From: Octopus bimaculoides
Lineage: Eukaryota
Direction of reading: 5' to 3'
DNA length: 64,000 bases
Assembly (NCBI RefSeq): GCF_001194135.2
Contig: NC_068984.1
Span: 45,447,372 to 45,511,371, forward strand
In this document: positions 11,301 through 23,300 of the stretch, one piece after another
Layout of the letters: every line of letters begins with the position of its first letter
Numbering within the stretch: position 1 is the first letter of the stretch
The notes under the pieces: model-generated
Seen by the model: only the letters and a program-made list of their open reading frames with translations
Told to the model about the DNA's origin: nothing
Database searches by the model: none
Position numbers and translations under genes: made by a program

Positions 11301-14300
11301 TGTCAGAAAGGAGAAAGGGAAAAGTCCAAAGAAGGAAAAGAAATTGCCAATGCACATGATGAGTACATAGGGATAAATTATCCAGGTGGGTACTATAAGT
11401 GCACTCAGTAATAGTCTGGTTTCATACTTAGAAGTAAACTAAAAAATTAGTAGAGGCTGGTGCTTGGCCATTGTGAATTCACTATCCTTTACCTAAACTA
11501 TCCATATGAAAAAGACATCCTACAAGTAACTCATAAGTCATGGGTTCAGATCCATTGCAACCTTCAAATGCAGAATAATAAACTGTATAAACCTTAGCTT
11601 AACACTTCTTGGGAAAGTTATCTGTGATAGATCACCATCTATGCAGGGGTGTTCTCTCATATGTATATGAGAGATAGATTTAGCCTGGATAAGGGTGTAT
11701 AAAAACCAGAAACAACACTACCATGATTCATTGCTATATTACTAATGGTATGTTGGTCCAACCCATGCTAGCATGGAAAATGGACGTTAAATGATGATGA
11801 GAATTTAGAACAAATATTGTTAGAAAATTCAGAATTACAGTATTCTTTGTATCAAATTATGGCATAAAAAAGCTGAAATATAAAGGAAACACATATATAA
11901 CTAGTATATCAGGAATTTACCTTGTTCCTAATAGAACAGAGAAGATGGACAGCAATGTGATATTGTTGGTAACGCATGGCTTGACGGACAACACGATATG
12001 CTTGCCAGGCGTCCCCCTGTGGAGCTGCTTGCATAACCAAGTTATGCAGGTCTTCAGGAAGGTTTTCACCATGGGCCATAAGAAAGAGTAATGTGCAAAG
12101 TCGAGCCTGTACAAAAAAAAAAAGAGAATGCAACAAAGATCAAAGTTAAAAAAAAAAACAAAAAAAAAAAATACTTTGCAGATAATCTTGTTCTTGTAAA
12201 ATTGAAATGTTTTTCATTGAAGAAATTGCATTTCATATTGACAAAATTTAGCCAAAATTTGATATGCAATTGTGTTATCCTACAGTTTGGTGGCTATAAT
12301 CTAATTTTTTGTTCAAATAGCCAGTCATCTATGGATGGCTAACATCATTGAGAGTATATTTCCTATCAAGGGTAACCATTACTTGCCTGGTAATCAAATT
12401 ATTTCCCCTTCGTTACTTTTTTTTTAAATATAATTTTAGTTGAGAGAATCTTGAGCTGATGGAATCGTTACTGGACCTTCTCCAGATCAAACACGAGTGA
12501 AAAGCCTTCTTCAAGTCAAAAACGGTTCTTAGCTAAAAGCAGCCACTATACTTAGCCTAGTGGAATATAGTGGCTTGCTTTCAAGTGATGAAAAGATAAA
12601 AAGATATATTTAAAAAAATAGCATAAATGAAAAGAAAATATCAATACCTTCACTGAAGGATCAATAATGTTTCCTTGCTCAGCTGAGAGAATATCCATCA
12701 GGATTGGTAATATTGGTTCCAATGCTGCACTATTTGTGGAACCAACAGCTGCCAAACTATCACAGACCAGTGCCATATGAACATCTGAGAGAGAATGGGC
12801 TAAAATTGAAAAAAAATAACATTTGCTATGTATTTTACTAGTAGCTGTACCCAACCTAACCTGGGTTTATGATTTATAAATACCTAAAGTTTATAAAGCA
12901 CACGTTACATCAACTAAATACTTAATTGAGTTGTTGTTAGCACTCCATCGCTTACGATGTCGAGGGTTCCAGTTGATCCGATCAACAGAACAGCCTGCTC
13001 GTGAAATTAACGTGCAAGTGGCTGAGCACTCCACAGACACGTGTACCCTTAACGTAGTTCTCAGGGATATTCAGCGTGACACAGTGTGACAAGGCTGACC
13101 CTTTGAATTACAGGCACAACAGAAACAGGAAGTAAGAGTGAGAGAAAGTTGTGGTGAAAGAGTACAGCAGGGTTCGCCAACATCTCCTGCCGGAGCCTTG
13201 TGAAGCTTTAGGTGTTTTCACTCAATAAACACTCACAACGCCCGGTCTGGGAATCGAAACCGTGATCCTATGACCGCGAGTCTGCTGCCCTAACCACTGG
13301 GCCATTGCACCTCCACACTTAATTGAGTAATTATCAGTAAAAGTCATGAAGCCTTTCACTGTCTCCATAAGAAAAAAGATGTTCCCTAAAGCAAAATTTG
13401 AGGTATCTAAGAGCAAAACAGTGGTTCTACAACTTGGAACATGAATACATATATTCACTTCTAGATATTAAGATTAGAAAATAATCTTCTCGTATATTTG
13501 ATTATCTTTTATGTATTAGTGCTATTTGCAGGAAATACCAGTGAGTAGGAGTTTAACTCATATCTCAGAATAGTAAACTCCTTAGTGAAGACTCCTTAGA
13601 CTTTTTTGACATGTCACCATCTCAGTAGTAGGCCTATCGCTCAGTCTGGTTTAGCATTACCCCTTACTCCTAGGCTGTCTTTAGTAAAATTCACTCTGTT
13701 TCTATCTTTTGAACCCATGCAGTGCCATGTAAAAGCACTCGTGTGGTACCACGTAAAAGCACCCAGCACACTCTGTAAAGTGGTTCGCATCAGGAAGGGC
13801 ATCCAGCCATAGAAACCAGGCCAAATCAGACTGGAGTCTGGGGCAGCTCCCCAGCTTGCCAGCTCTGGTCACACCATCCAACCCATGCCAGCATGGACAA
13901 CGGATGCTAAATGATGATGATGAAGAACCAGAAACCCCACTTCCTTCCCTGCCCACAATTGACCCAGCAAAAGTTCATGCTGAAAGCAAATGGCATGGGC
14001 ACTGCTCTTTTTTCCATGAAAAATTTACAAAAATTATACAGAAAACCATGACTAAATTCCAAGGAAAAATTACTTTTCTTAATTTCATTGTTTTACCCAA
14101 ATAATATACACATGAAACTTGATTAGTAATATAAGCGATTAGTATACTGTCACAGGTGGTGTCATGGATGAAAAACAAAAACAAAAAAAAACTTATCTGG
14201 CACTGGCCCAGTCCACCAAGCTATAAATGTGTACCACAAGATGGTATAGTTTACATTGTAAGCAGTAGAAGTACTGTAAAATTGGCCAATGTTCTATTGG

Positions 14301-17300
14301 TCAACATTATTAAGTCCAAATCTATGAGTGAGAAAGTTATCTGCAGTAGACTAGTATTCAATCCCAGAAAAGATTTATCTTCCTTTTGCTTAATGCTATA
14401 TAGCCCTAGACTGAAAGTTGATTCAGTGGATCACTGATATTTATGAAAAGATTTACATTTTCCACAGTTATCCAAAAAGTGACATTATTTAACCCTTTAA
14501 CATTTAAATCAGCCATATTTGGCCAAAATATTCTTCTGGTTTTATGTTCAAACTGGTGAGACTTGGCTTCTCACAGCAGCCCTACAATATCATTCTACAA
14601 CTTGCCTCGTCAAAATCTCAAAGCTACATGAAAATGCATGATTAATTCAAAACAATCATTGTTTAATCGTTTAACATCCGCTTTCTATGCTAGCATGGGT
14701 TGGACGATTTGACTGAGGACTGGTGAAACCGGATGGCAACACCAGGCTCCAATCTGATTTGGCAAAGTTTCTACAGCTGGATGCCCTTCCTAACGCCAAC
14801 CACTCAGAGAGTGTAGTGGGTGCTTTTACGTGTCACCTGCACAAAGGCCAGTCAGGTGGTACTGGCAATTAATTCAAAACAATGTGAATAAATAAACATT
14901 ACTTTCAAAAAATAATGTGAACGCTAAAGGGTTAACCCCAGGTTATCTCTGATCAAGTAGACATGTGGCAAAAAAACAATCCAGTAGTGACTAACATATT
15001 TTTAAACATATCATCCATGGTAAATTATCAAATTTATTTTTCCTTGTTTTAAGACAGCATGATATGATTTAAGATAATTTAGTTAGTTTCTAGCAGGTCA
15101 AGGGTACAAACATATAAATGTAGTTGATGGTAACTATATATAGAGAGAGATACAACCAGTGAGTGGTATGAAGTAGAATTGAAACAACATACGTATTAAC
15201 TGAGATACTGTTTATTTTTTATCATCTAATTTATACCAGCAACACAGAGAAACAACGATGATATCAATGTCAATAATAGTACTGGTGATATGATAATGAT
15301 AGCAGTGGTTGTGATGGTCATGGGATAATGATACTGGTGGTGGGCTAAGGTGTTGGTAGTGTAGTAAATAGATTGGAGTGCAATGTGATGAAAGGTGATG
15401 ATGAAGTAATGGAAGTGATGGAGGTGATGATGATGATAATAGTGGCAGTGTGGTAATGTAATGATGGGGAAGTTGTGATGGTGGTGGTGGCATGATGATG
15501 GTAGTGGTAGTGTGATGATGATGTTGGTGATAAAATGAGGATAATGAAGATGATGTAACAATGTGATTGTGAGAAACAAATATAAAATTGATGTCAATGA
15601 CAGTGTTTGTGATGATGACAGCGATGGTGATATGGCATAGTCATAATGGTGATGATGACTATGATGAACATCATCATCATCATCGCTTAACGTCTGCTTT
15701 CTATGCTAGTATGGGTTGGACGATTTGACTGAGGACTGGCGGACCAGATGGCTGCACTAGGCTCCAATTTGATCTGGCAGAGTTTCTACAGCTGGATGCC
15801 CTACCTAATGCCAACCATTCCAAGAGTGTAGTGGGTGCTTTTACATGCCACTGGCATGAGGGCCAGTCAGGCGGTACTGGCAACGGCCACGCTCAAATGG
15901 TATTTTTTATGTGCCACCTGCACAGGAGCCAGTCCAGCAGCACTGGCAATGACCTCGCAAGAATGTTTTTTCATGTGCCACCGGCACAAATGCCAGTAAG
16001 GCGACGCTGGTAACAATCACGCTCAAATGGTGCTATTTACGTGCCACTGGTACGGAAGCCAGACAGCTGCTCTGGCAATGATCATGACAATATGGTGATG
16101 AGGATGAAAACATGTGGTGATGAGGGGACAATGACAGAGATGGGATCAAGATATGATGATGATGATAATACAACTACAATGACAACAGTACAAAAACAAC
16201 CTGCCTGTATTTGACTGTAACAAGTTAGCCATGGTGTCCACAAAATCAATGCACAGTTCAGGAAACTTGCTGCACATTTTCACTGCACATTTTAAACTCA
16301 ACTGTAGATATATGAAGTTTTTTTTTTTTAAAGATGGAAAAAAATAAAAATAAATAAATAACTTTAAAAAAATTGAAAGTGGGATAAATCATGTGGAAAA
16401 GAGTTAAACTAATATCACAAATTACATAAGGCAGCTTACTATATCATATTGTGGTATACTACATGACAGTAACATATACTAATACATACACTATATTTGA
16501 ACCCCTACCAATGTGTAGAGTATGGCAAGGCATAAGTATTACACTATATTGTAGTATAATATACCAAATGGTACAATCTTTACTAAAAGATATAGGCAGA
16601 ACAAGACTGAAATGCTATGTTACATTGCAGTAAGGCATATAAAAGAGTAAATTATATTGAAGCAAGATTAACTAAAGGGTAGACTACATTGAAACAAGAC
16701 ACATTAATATATATTGTACACTGTTAAAATGCATGTTAATGGATTACTGAATTATAACAAGGCATACTAATGGGTATTACTATACAGGGTGTCCACAAAG
16801 TCTGGGTACATGTGGATTAACACATACTTTAAGAAATTATTATTTCTTATATTTAATTGTTTATGTTATGGTTTTATTTACTCCATGTACCCACATGGGG
16901 ATTAACACATACTTTGAGAAATTATTATTTCTTATATTTAAATGTTTATGTCATGATTGTATTTACTCCGTGTACCCAGACTTTGTGGACACCCTGTACT
17001 GTAATTAAAAGTGCATATGTTTACACACTAGTGTAACAAGATATAATAACAGCTACACTCTGCTCAAACTAGAGATACATATGGATAAATAGTAACAAGA
17101 TATACTAATTAGTAAACTACACTACAGATAGACATACTAATTGGTACACTACACTACACCAAAACATACAAATGGTATGCTATTTTGTAACAAGGGTAAA
17201 GAGCCCGTTTGGTCATGAATGACCATGGGATTGCACCTACAAAGTTACCCTCTGAGGCACAAGTCTGGGCAAGGTTGGTTATGAAAGATCAGCAGTTGCC

Positions 17301-20300
17301 TGCGCATACTAGCCACCCCTCTCCATGCACTGAGGATATCCAAGGGAAAAGCTTGGCACCAGTGACGTTGTAACTCATTGCTACAGCTGAGTGAACTAGC
17401 ACAATGTGAAATAAAAAGCCTAGTCTAGGAATCAAACTCACTACATCATGATTGTGAGTCCAACACTCTAATCACTGAGTCATATATTTGTATGTGTCTT
17501 ATAGTATGTACTGGGTACATTTTATGAGGAGTACATTTCTGTATGTTACATAATAATTAGACATAACATTAAAGAGGGCAGCACTTTGACAAAGACATTC
17601 TACACATGTTGAGATCCACACAACAGCAACAATTAAAAAAATCCTTTAACTATTAAGTGAAACCTACCTTGAGAGCCACCTGAGATTGTTGGGAAGAGTT
17701 CATACTGGATAATAAAATAAGAGTCTGAGCAGCAGCTTTTACATCATCCCTTAGATCCATATTATTTTGCTCTTCTGCGAACATGTAAAAAAAAAAAAAA
17801 AAAAATCAAATCCCTTTATTTCTTTAACCATTCCCTTCTAATTGTTTCCCCACCCCCATCCCTATCTCACTGTCTCCTCTTGGTTTAACTAATTTTCGTT
17901 TCTTAACCCACAAATACACCCATCTATGTATGGAACTTGGTAATCGCTTTCCCCATTATTTCTGTTATACAATAGTACTTTTACAAATACTTAGTTGAAA
18001 AGCAATTTATGATTATTTAGGTTTTCAAATACTAAGCCTTTATGCAGTTACTCAACCATCTAAAAATAACAGCCAAATATTACTCAGGATGTGTAGCTCA
18101 GAGATTAGAGAGTCTTGCCATGCTGGTCCACTACTTTTCCACATCGAGAGACCACATGTGGTTAGAATGTTTCCAAAAAGAATCACAAAACAAAAGCCAA
18201 GCCAACTAGCAGGAGACCCAGTGTTGCACTATCTCTCTTTGTGGAATGTTATGATATTCATGTTCACTACAGATGGATAGTGAAAAAGATCTGCAAAGTG
18301 TTCTCTCCATTTATTCATTATTCCAGGAGGATCTTTAATAACCTCATCTCCATCTTTTGACTTCAAGGGAACATATGATGATGAAGATTGCAGTCCAAAA
18401 GCTTTCCGCAATAAAACTATAGAAACTTTTAATGTCTTCCCTGTCATAGGCTGCCTGTACTTCCTTAGACAAATTTCTCTGCCAAGTGTCTTTAAGCCTC
18501 CTGAGTTCTTTACACATGTCTGCTTTCTTAGACTTGTACAACTTTTCTAGTTGCACTTTGTCCCTAATGTTTGGATCAAGAAGCTTTTCATGAGTGGGCC
18601 TCTTTGTTGCTAAAAGCTCATTTATCACTATATCATTGGAATCAAACCAATCTCGGAGTTGTCTTCTCTTAAAGCCTAACACCTCTGATCCCATTTTATA
18701 TATTCCATCACGGAAAGATTGCCATGAACCTTCAAAATGAACATTGCTGCCTCTCTTCTGAAACAACTGCAAAACTTGTGGTTGTTTTAGCTGCTCTACA
18801 TCAAATTTCTTTGATACTCATACACCTGCAATACGAATCTTCTTACGGAACTTGAACTTGGCCCTAACCATTTTGTGACCAGTATCACAATCAGCACCTC
18901 GCAATACTCTAAGACTGCACAAATTTTGTAAGTCAGCTTTCTGAGTTAATACAATATCATGTAAGACAATATCTGGACTTAAAAGACATATTCTAGTTCA
19001 CAAAAACATTCCTTCAGAATCAGATTCCGAATGGCAAAGATATAGAAGATACTTGAATAATATCTGTCACTTGCATTTTAAACCCTGTCAGTCAGCAGCT
19101 GCTCTTAAAAGTTATCTAATGGCTCATCAACAGAGTGATTGTACTGTGTGATGGGGTGTGGTGTGTGAGTTGATGGGACGGCTATCATCTCTCAAGATGA
19201 AGCAATCATCATGTGTGTGTGTGTGTGCGTGTATTTGTGTACTCCTGTCTTGGTATCATGTGACGGTTGTAAATGAGCATCACCATCACACAAGTGATGT
19301 TCGTTTCCAGTCTTCTCTGAATGACTATCTCTGGCCACAGGGAACTATTACCTTGCTTGGAAACAAATGAGGAGCGGTGACATGACGTACATCCATCCAT
19401 AGAAAATCTACCTCAACAAAATTCTGTCTGACTCATACAAGCAAGCATGGAAAAAGTCAATGTTAAATGATGAGAATGACATATAAAAAATTAGAAGAAA
19501 AAAAACTTACTTGAGCCTGAGTGAGTAGCAAGATGTGTCATCAGTTGCACAGTTTTAGCAGCCACAGAAACATTTTCATGGTAGCTATATTCCTGACAAA
19601 CTTTCAACAGAGCAGAGTCTACAAGACAATGATAACAATAAGTCAGTTAATCTCAGACAAGTAGCATACTTAAACAGAAAATGAATTTTGTTTATAATTA
19701 CACACATTCCATATCATCTCAAGAAAACAACATTATTGAAACAAAATGATAGTATGGGAAATGTGGCCGATGCCTGTGCCAGTAGCACATAAAAAGCACC
19801 TTTCAAGCATTGGATCTCACAGAGGCAATGACTAATGACCAAGACCTTTGGCAATATGCTATGCTGGAGAAGACCCATCAAGCCAAGTGAAATCGTAGTC
19901 ATAGCAGATACTGGTGCTACACAACTGGCACCTATGCTGATGGCATGTAAAAGCACCCGTTGCACTCTGTGAGTGGTTGGCATTAGGAAGGGCATCCAGC
20001 TGTAGAAACCATGCCAGCATGGACAACAGATGTTACATGATGATGACGATGATACCATAAGAGCAGTTTATAAATTATCACATAATGTTACATCTGTTTG
20101 AATCGTTATGACATTCAATACAATACTCCTTATAATTCAAGCAATAATGACATCTGTAAGCATCAATATTTGTCTTCAAAAAACATAACCATTTCTCAAT
20201 GGATGTTTTCCAAAACATGCACACAAATCCAAAATCATCCAGCAAGAATGCATGAAAAACAAAATATTAAATCAAGGATCCACCTGAGGTAAAGCAGAGA

Positions 20301-23300
20301 TGACTCAAGAAAAGAGATAACAAAAGACCGATATTTGTAATAAAGAGGTAAACTTTCTCTCCCTTTGTCTGTTCCACACTAATTTTTTTTTTCTATCTCA
20401 TACACGAACACACACTTCCTCATTCAACCTTCTTAGATGACAATGTACAGACAGAACACACTGGATCACTGTAGTTACCAAATTTCATTTAAAAAACATA
20501 TCCTTGAGAACTTAGTATGCAGTTTCGAATACTTTAGAAAATAGAACATAATTTATTTTTCATTTATGAAATATTTGGTTATTATGTTTTCTGAATAGGA
20601 CTTCATTTTAATATGTGTGAAGGCAGCAACCTGGCAAAATTGTTAGCACACCAGATAAAATGCTTTGCAGCTTTTCATTCCGAGTTCAAATTCCGCTGAG
20701 GTTGACTTTACTTTCCATCCTTTTGGGATCAATAAAATAAATACCAGCTCAGCACTGGGGTAGATGTCATTGGCATGAACCCTCCCTGAAATTGCTAGCC
20801 TTGTGCCAAAATTTGAAATCAATATTTATAATGTGTGAAAAAACAAAACAATATATAGAGAGAGCAAACAGAATTACCTATCAGAAAAATTCATGGAGTG
20901 ATTAACAACTAATTGTAGGCACAGATGTTGGATACTGATTGTTGTGGTAAACCATCAATTGGAACTCAACTGAGAGCTAATATGGTATCTGCTCGGATAA
21001 TATATCCCTCTAAACTTACTTTTATATATATATATATATTGCACAAGAAGAGAGAGTATGTCAACTTATAACATTCAAAGGCAGGTTTATTATTTGGCTG
21101 GCTTTCTTTTGCCCCTACCTAACGAAGGGCCAAATTTCAGCTCCCAGGCCAGGCCAAGTACCAGTGTTTACATTCATATCTGATACCATTTACACAATAC
21201 ATCATCACACTAAACAACACAACACTATAACAGTAACCAAGGGCATAAGAACAGAACATCGTTTCTTACCTTTAAGAGTGAAAGGAAGCAGGTCCATACT
21301 GATTGAAGATGACAGTTCTGTCAACACGTATAATACACCTTCCTTCAAAGTAACAAATGGCGTTTTCAAGACAAATCGACACAAAACCTAAAAAGATTAT
21401 ATAATTATGATTTGATAAAGCATGAAGTTTTTGAATCTCTCCTCACTCCACCTTGCCACACTTTACTACTAAGTCAATATGACATGAACATGAACACTTG
21501 AAATTTTATTTTATCTACTGAGGCGATGTCTTTTACTTGCTTCAGTCATTGGAGTGTGGCCATGCTGGGGCATTGCCTTGAAGGGATTAGTCAAACAAAT
21601 CAACTCCAGCACTTGTGTTTTTTTTAAACCTAGTACTTATTCTATCAGTCTCTTTTTGCCAAACGTAAAAGACTTTCTCACCTTCCCGAGCATCAAAGTA
21701 ATACACCTACTTGTTGTTTATACACCTGTCTTCGTCTTTTGTTTTTCTGTAAATTTCAACTATATATACACTTTTACTCGTTTCAGTCATTTTGACTGCG
21801 GCCATGCTGGAGCACCGCCTTCAGTCGAGCAAATCGACCCCTGGGACTTATTCTTTGTAAGCCTAGTACTTATTCTATCGGTCACTTTTGCCGAGCCACT
21901 AAGTTACGGGGGACGTGAACACAAGAGCATCAGTTGTCAAGCGATGCTGGGGGGACAAACACACACACATATATATATACATATACGACGGGCTTCTTTC
22001 AGTTTCCGTCTACCAAATCCACTCACAAGGCTTTGGTCAGCCTGAGGCTGTAGTAGAAGACACTTGCCCAAGGTGCCACGCAGTGGGACTGAACCCGGAA
22101 CCATGTGGTTGGTAAGCAAGCTACTTACCACAGCCACTCCTGCGCCTATATGGTGAAATCACACACAGACATACACGTGTGTGTTTAACTATGCAAAATT
22201 TGAGAATATTTTTGTTTTGACAAGACACAACAATTCTGCAGGGAGTATAGTTGAATCAACTGAAAAATATTGCTGGTACTTATTTTATAGACTCTAGACA
22301 AATGATATCTAACTCCTCCTCTTTATCAGCTAACGTCTGTGTTCCATGCTGGCATGGGTTGAATGGTTTGACAGGAGCTGGCAAGCCAGAAAACTCTACC
22401 AAGCTCCACCTTCTGTTTTAGCATGGTTTTTATAGCTGGACGTCCTTCCCTAATGCCAACCACTTTATAGAGTGAACTGGATGCATGTTTTATGTGGCCC
22501 CAGCACTGGTTGCATGACATCAGTACCCACTCTGTGAGTTTTAAGCTCAAAGTAGTAAAGAAGAGTCAATGAGTTAGATAGTTTAACCTTTTAGCATTCA
22601 GATAACTCTGTCACATGTGATGCTTATTAATTCACATTGTCTTGAATTAATCATGCACTATCTTGTAGCTTTAGGATTTCAATGACGTGATTGTATGTCT
22701 TTTGAATGACGTAGGATCTGGTCATTCAGAATATAAAACAGGTAGAATATTTGGGCCAGATATGATCAGTTTAAATGCTGAAGGGTTAAATCATCTTAAA
22801 CCACTGCACTCATTCTGGCTATTTCATCTGCCCTACTGAGAAAATTTACCTACAATTATTTAAGGAATAAAAGAAGTTTGGCTCTTATGTCGGAGTTTAA
22901 CTGATATCATTATTACAAATGTCAGCTAAATTATTAGTTCAATACAGAAAGAAACAATTATTCAAACCACAGAACGTTTCAGAACTTCTGTAGAAGAACA
23001 TAACTTTTTATTATCCATTTTCTATGGTTTCCAAATTTATACATTTTCATAATGCTGGAGTAATTGGTTTTAGAGTTGCATGCCTATCCTAATACTAACC
23101 TTTCAACAGGTAAAGAATAGTGAAATCTGATGCTGATCAAGTAAACTGAGGCAAATAAAGTTTTCTTTTCAATATTTTGCATAAAGGTATAGCACATCAT
23201 CATCGTTTAACGTCCGCTTTCCATGCTGGCATGGGTTGGACTATCACAATGGTTGTAATCATATTTGAACTTATAACCTTGTGGTTAGCTCGTATCAGGA

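Noticed and set aside
13240-13316. tRNA-like sequences (also near 22080-22146, 31040-31116 and 40490-40567)
   Set aside because: They are SINE heads continuous with SINE bodies, with no complete cloverleaf.
20870-21015. Candidate INTS7 exon containing YHNN
   Set aside because: Stops occur in all frames, and exons 7 and 8 already join in frame.
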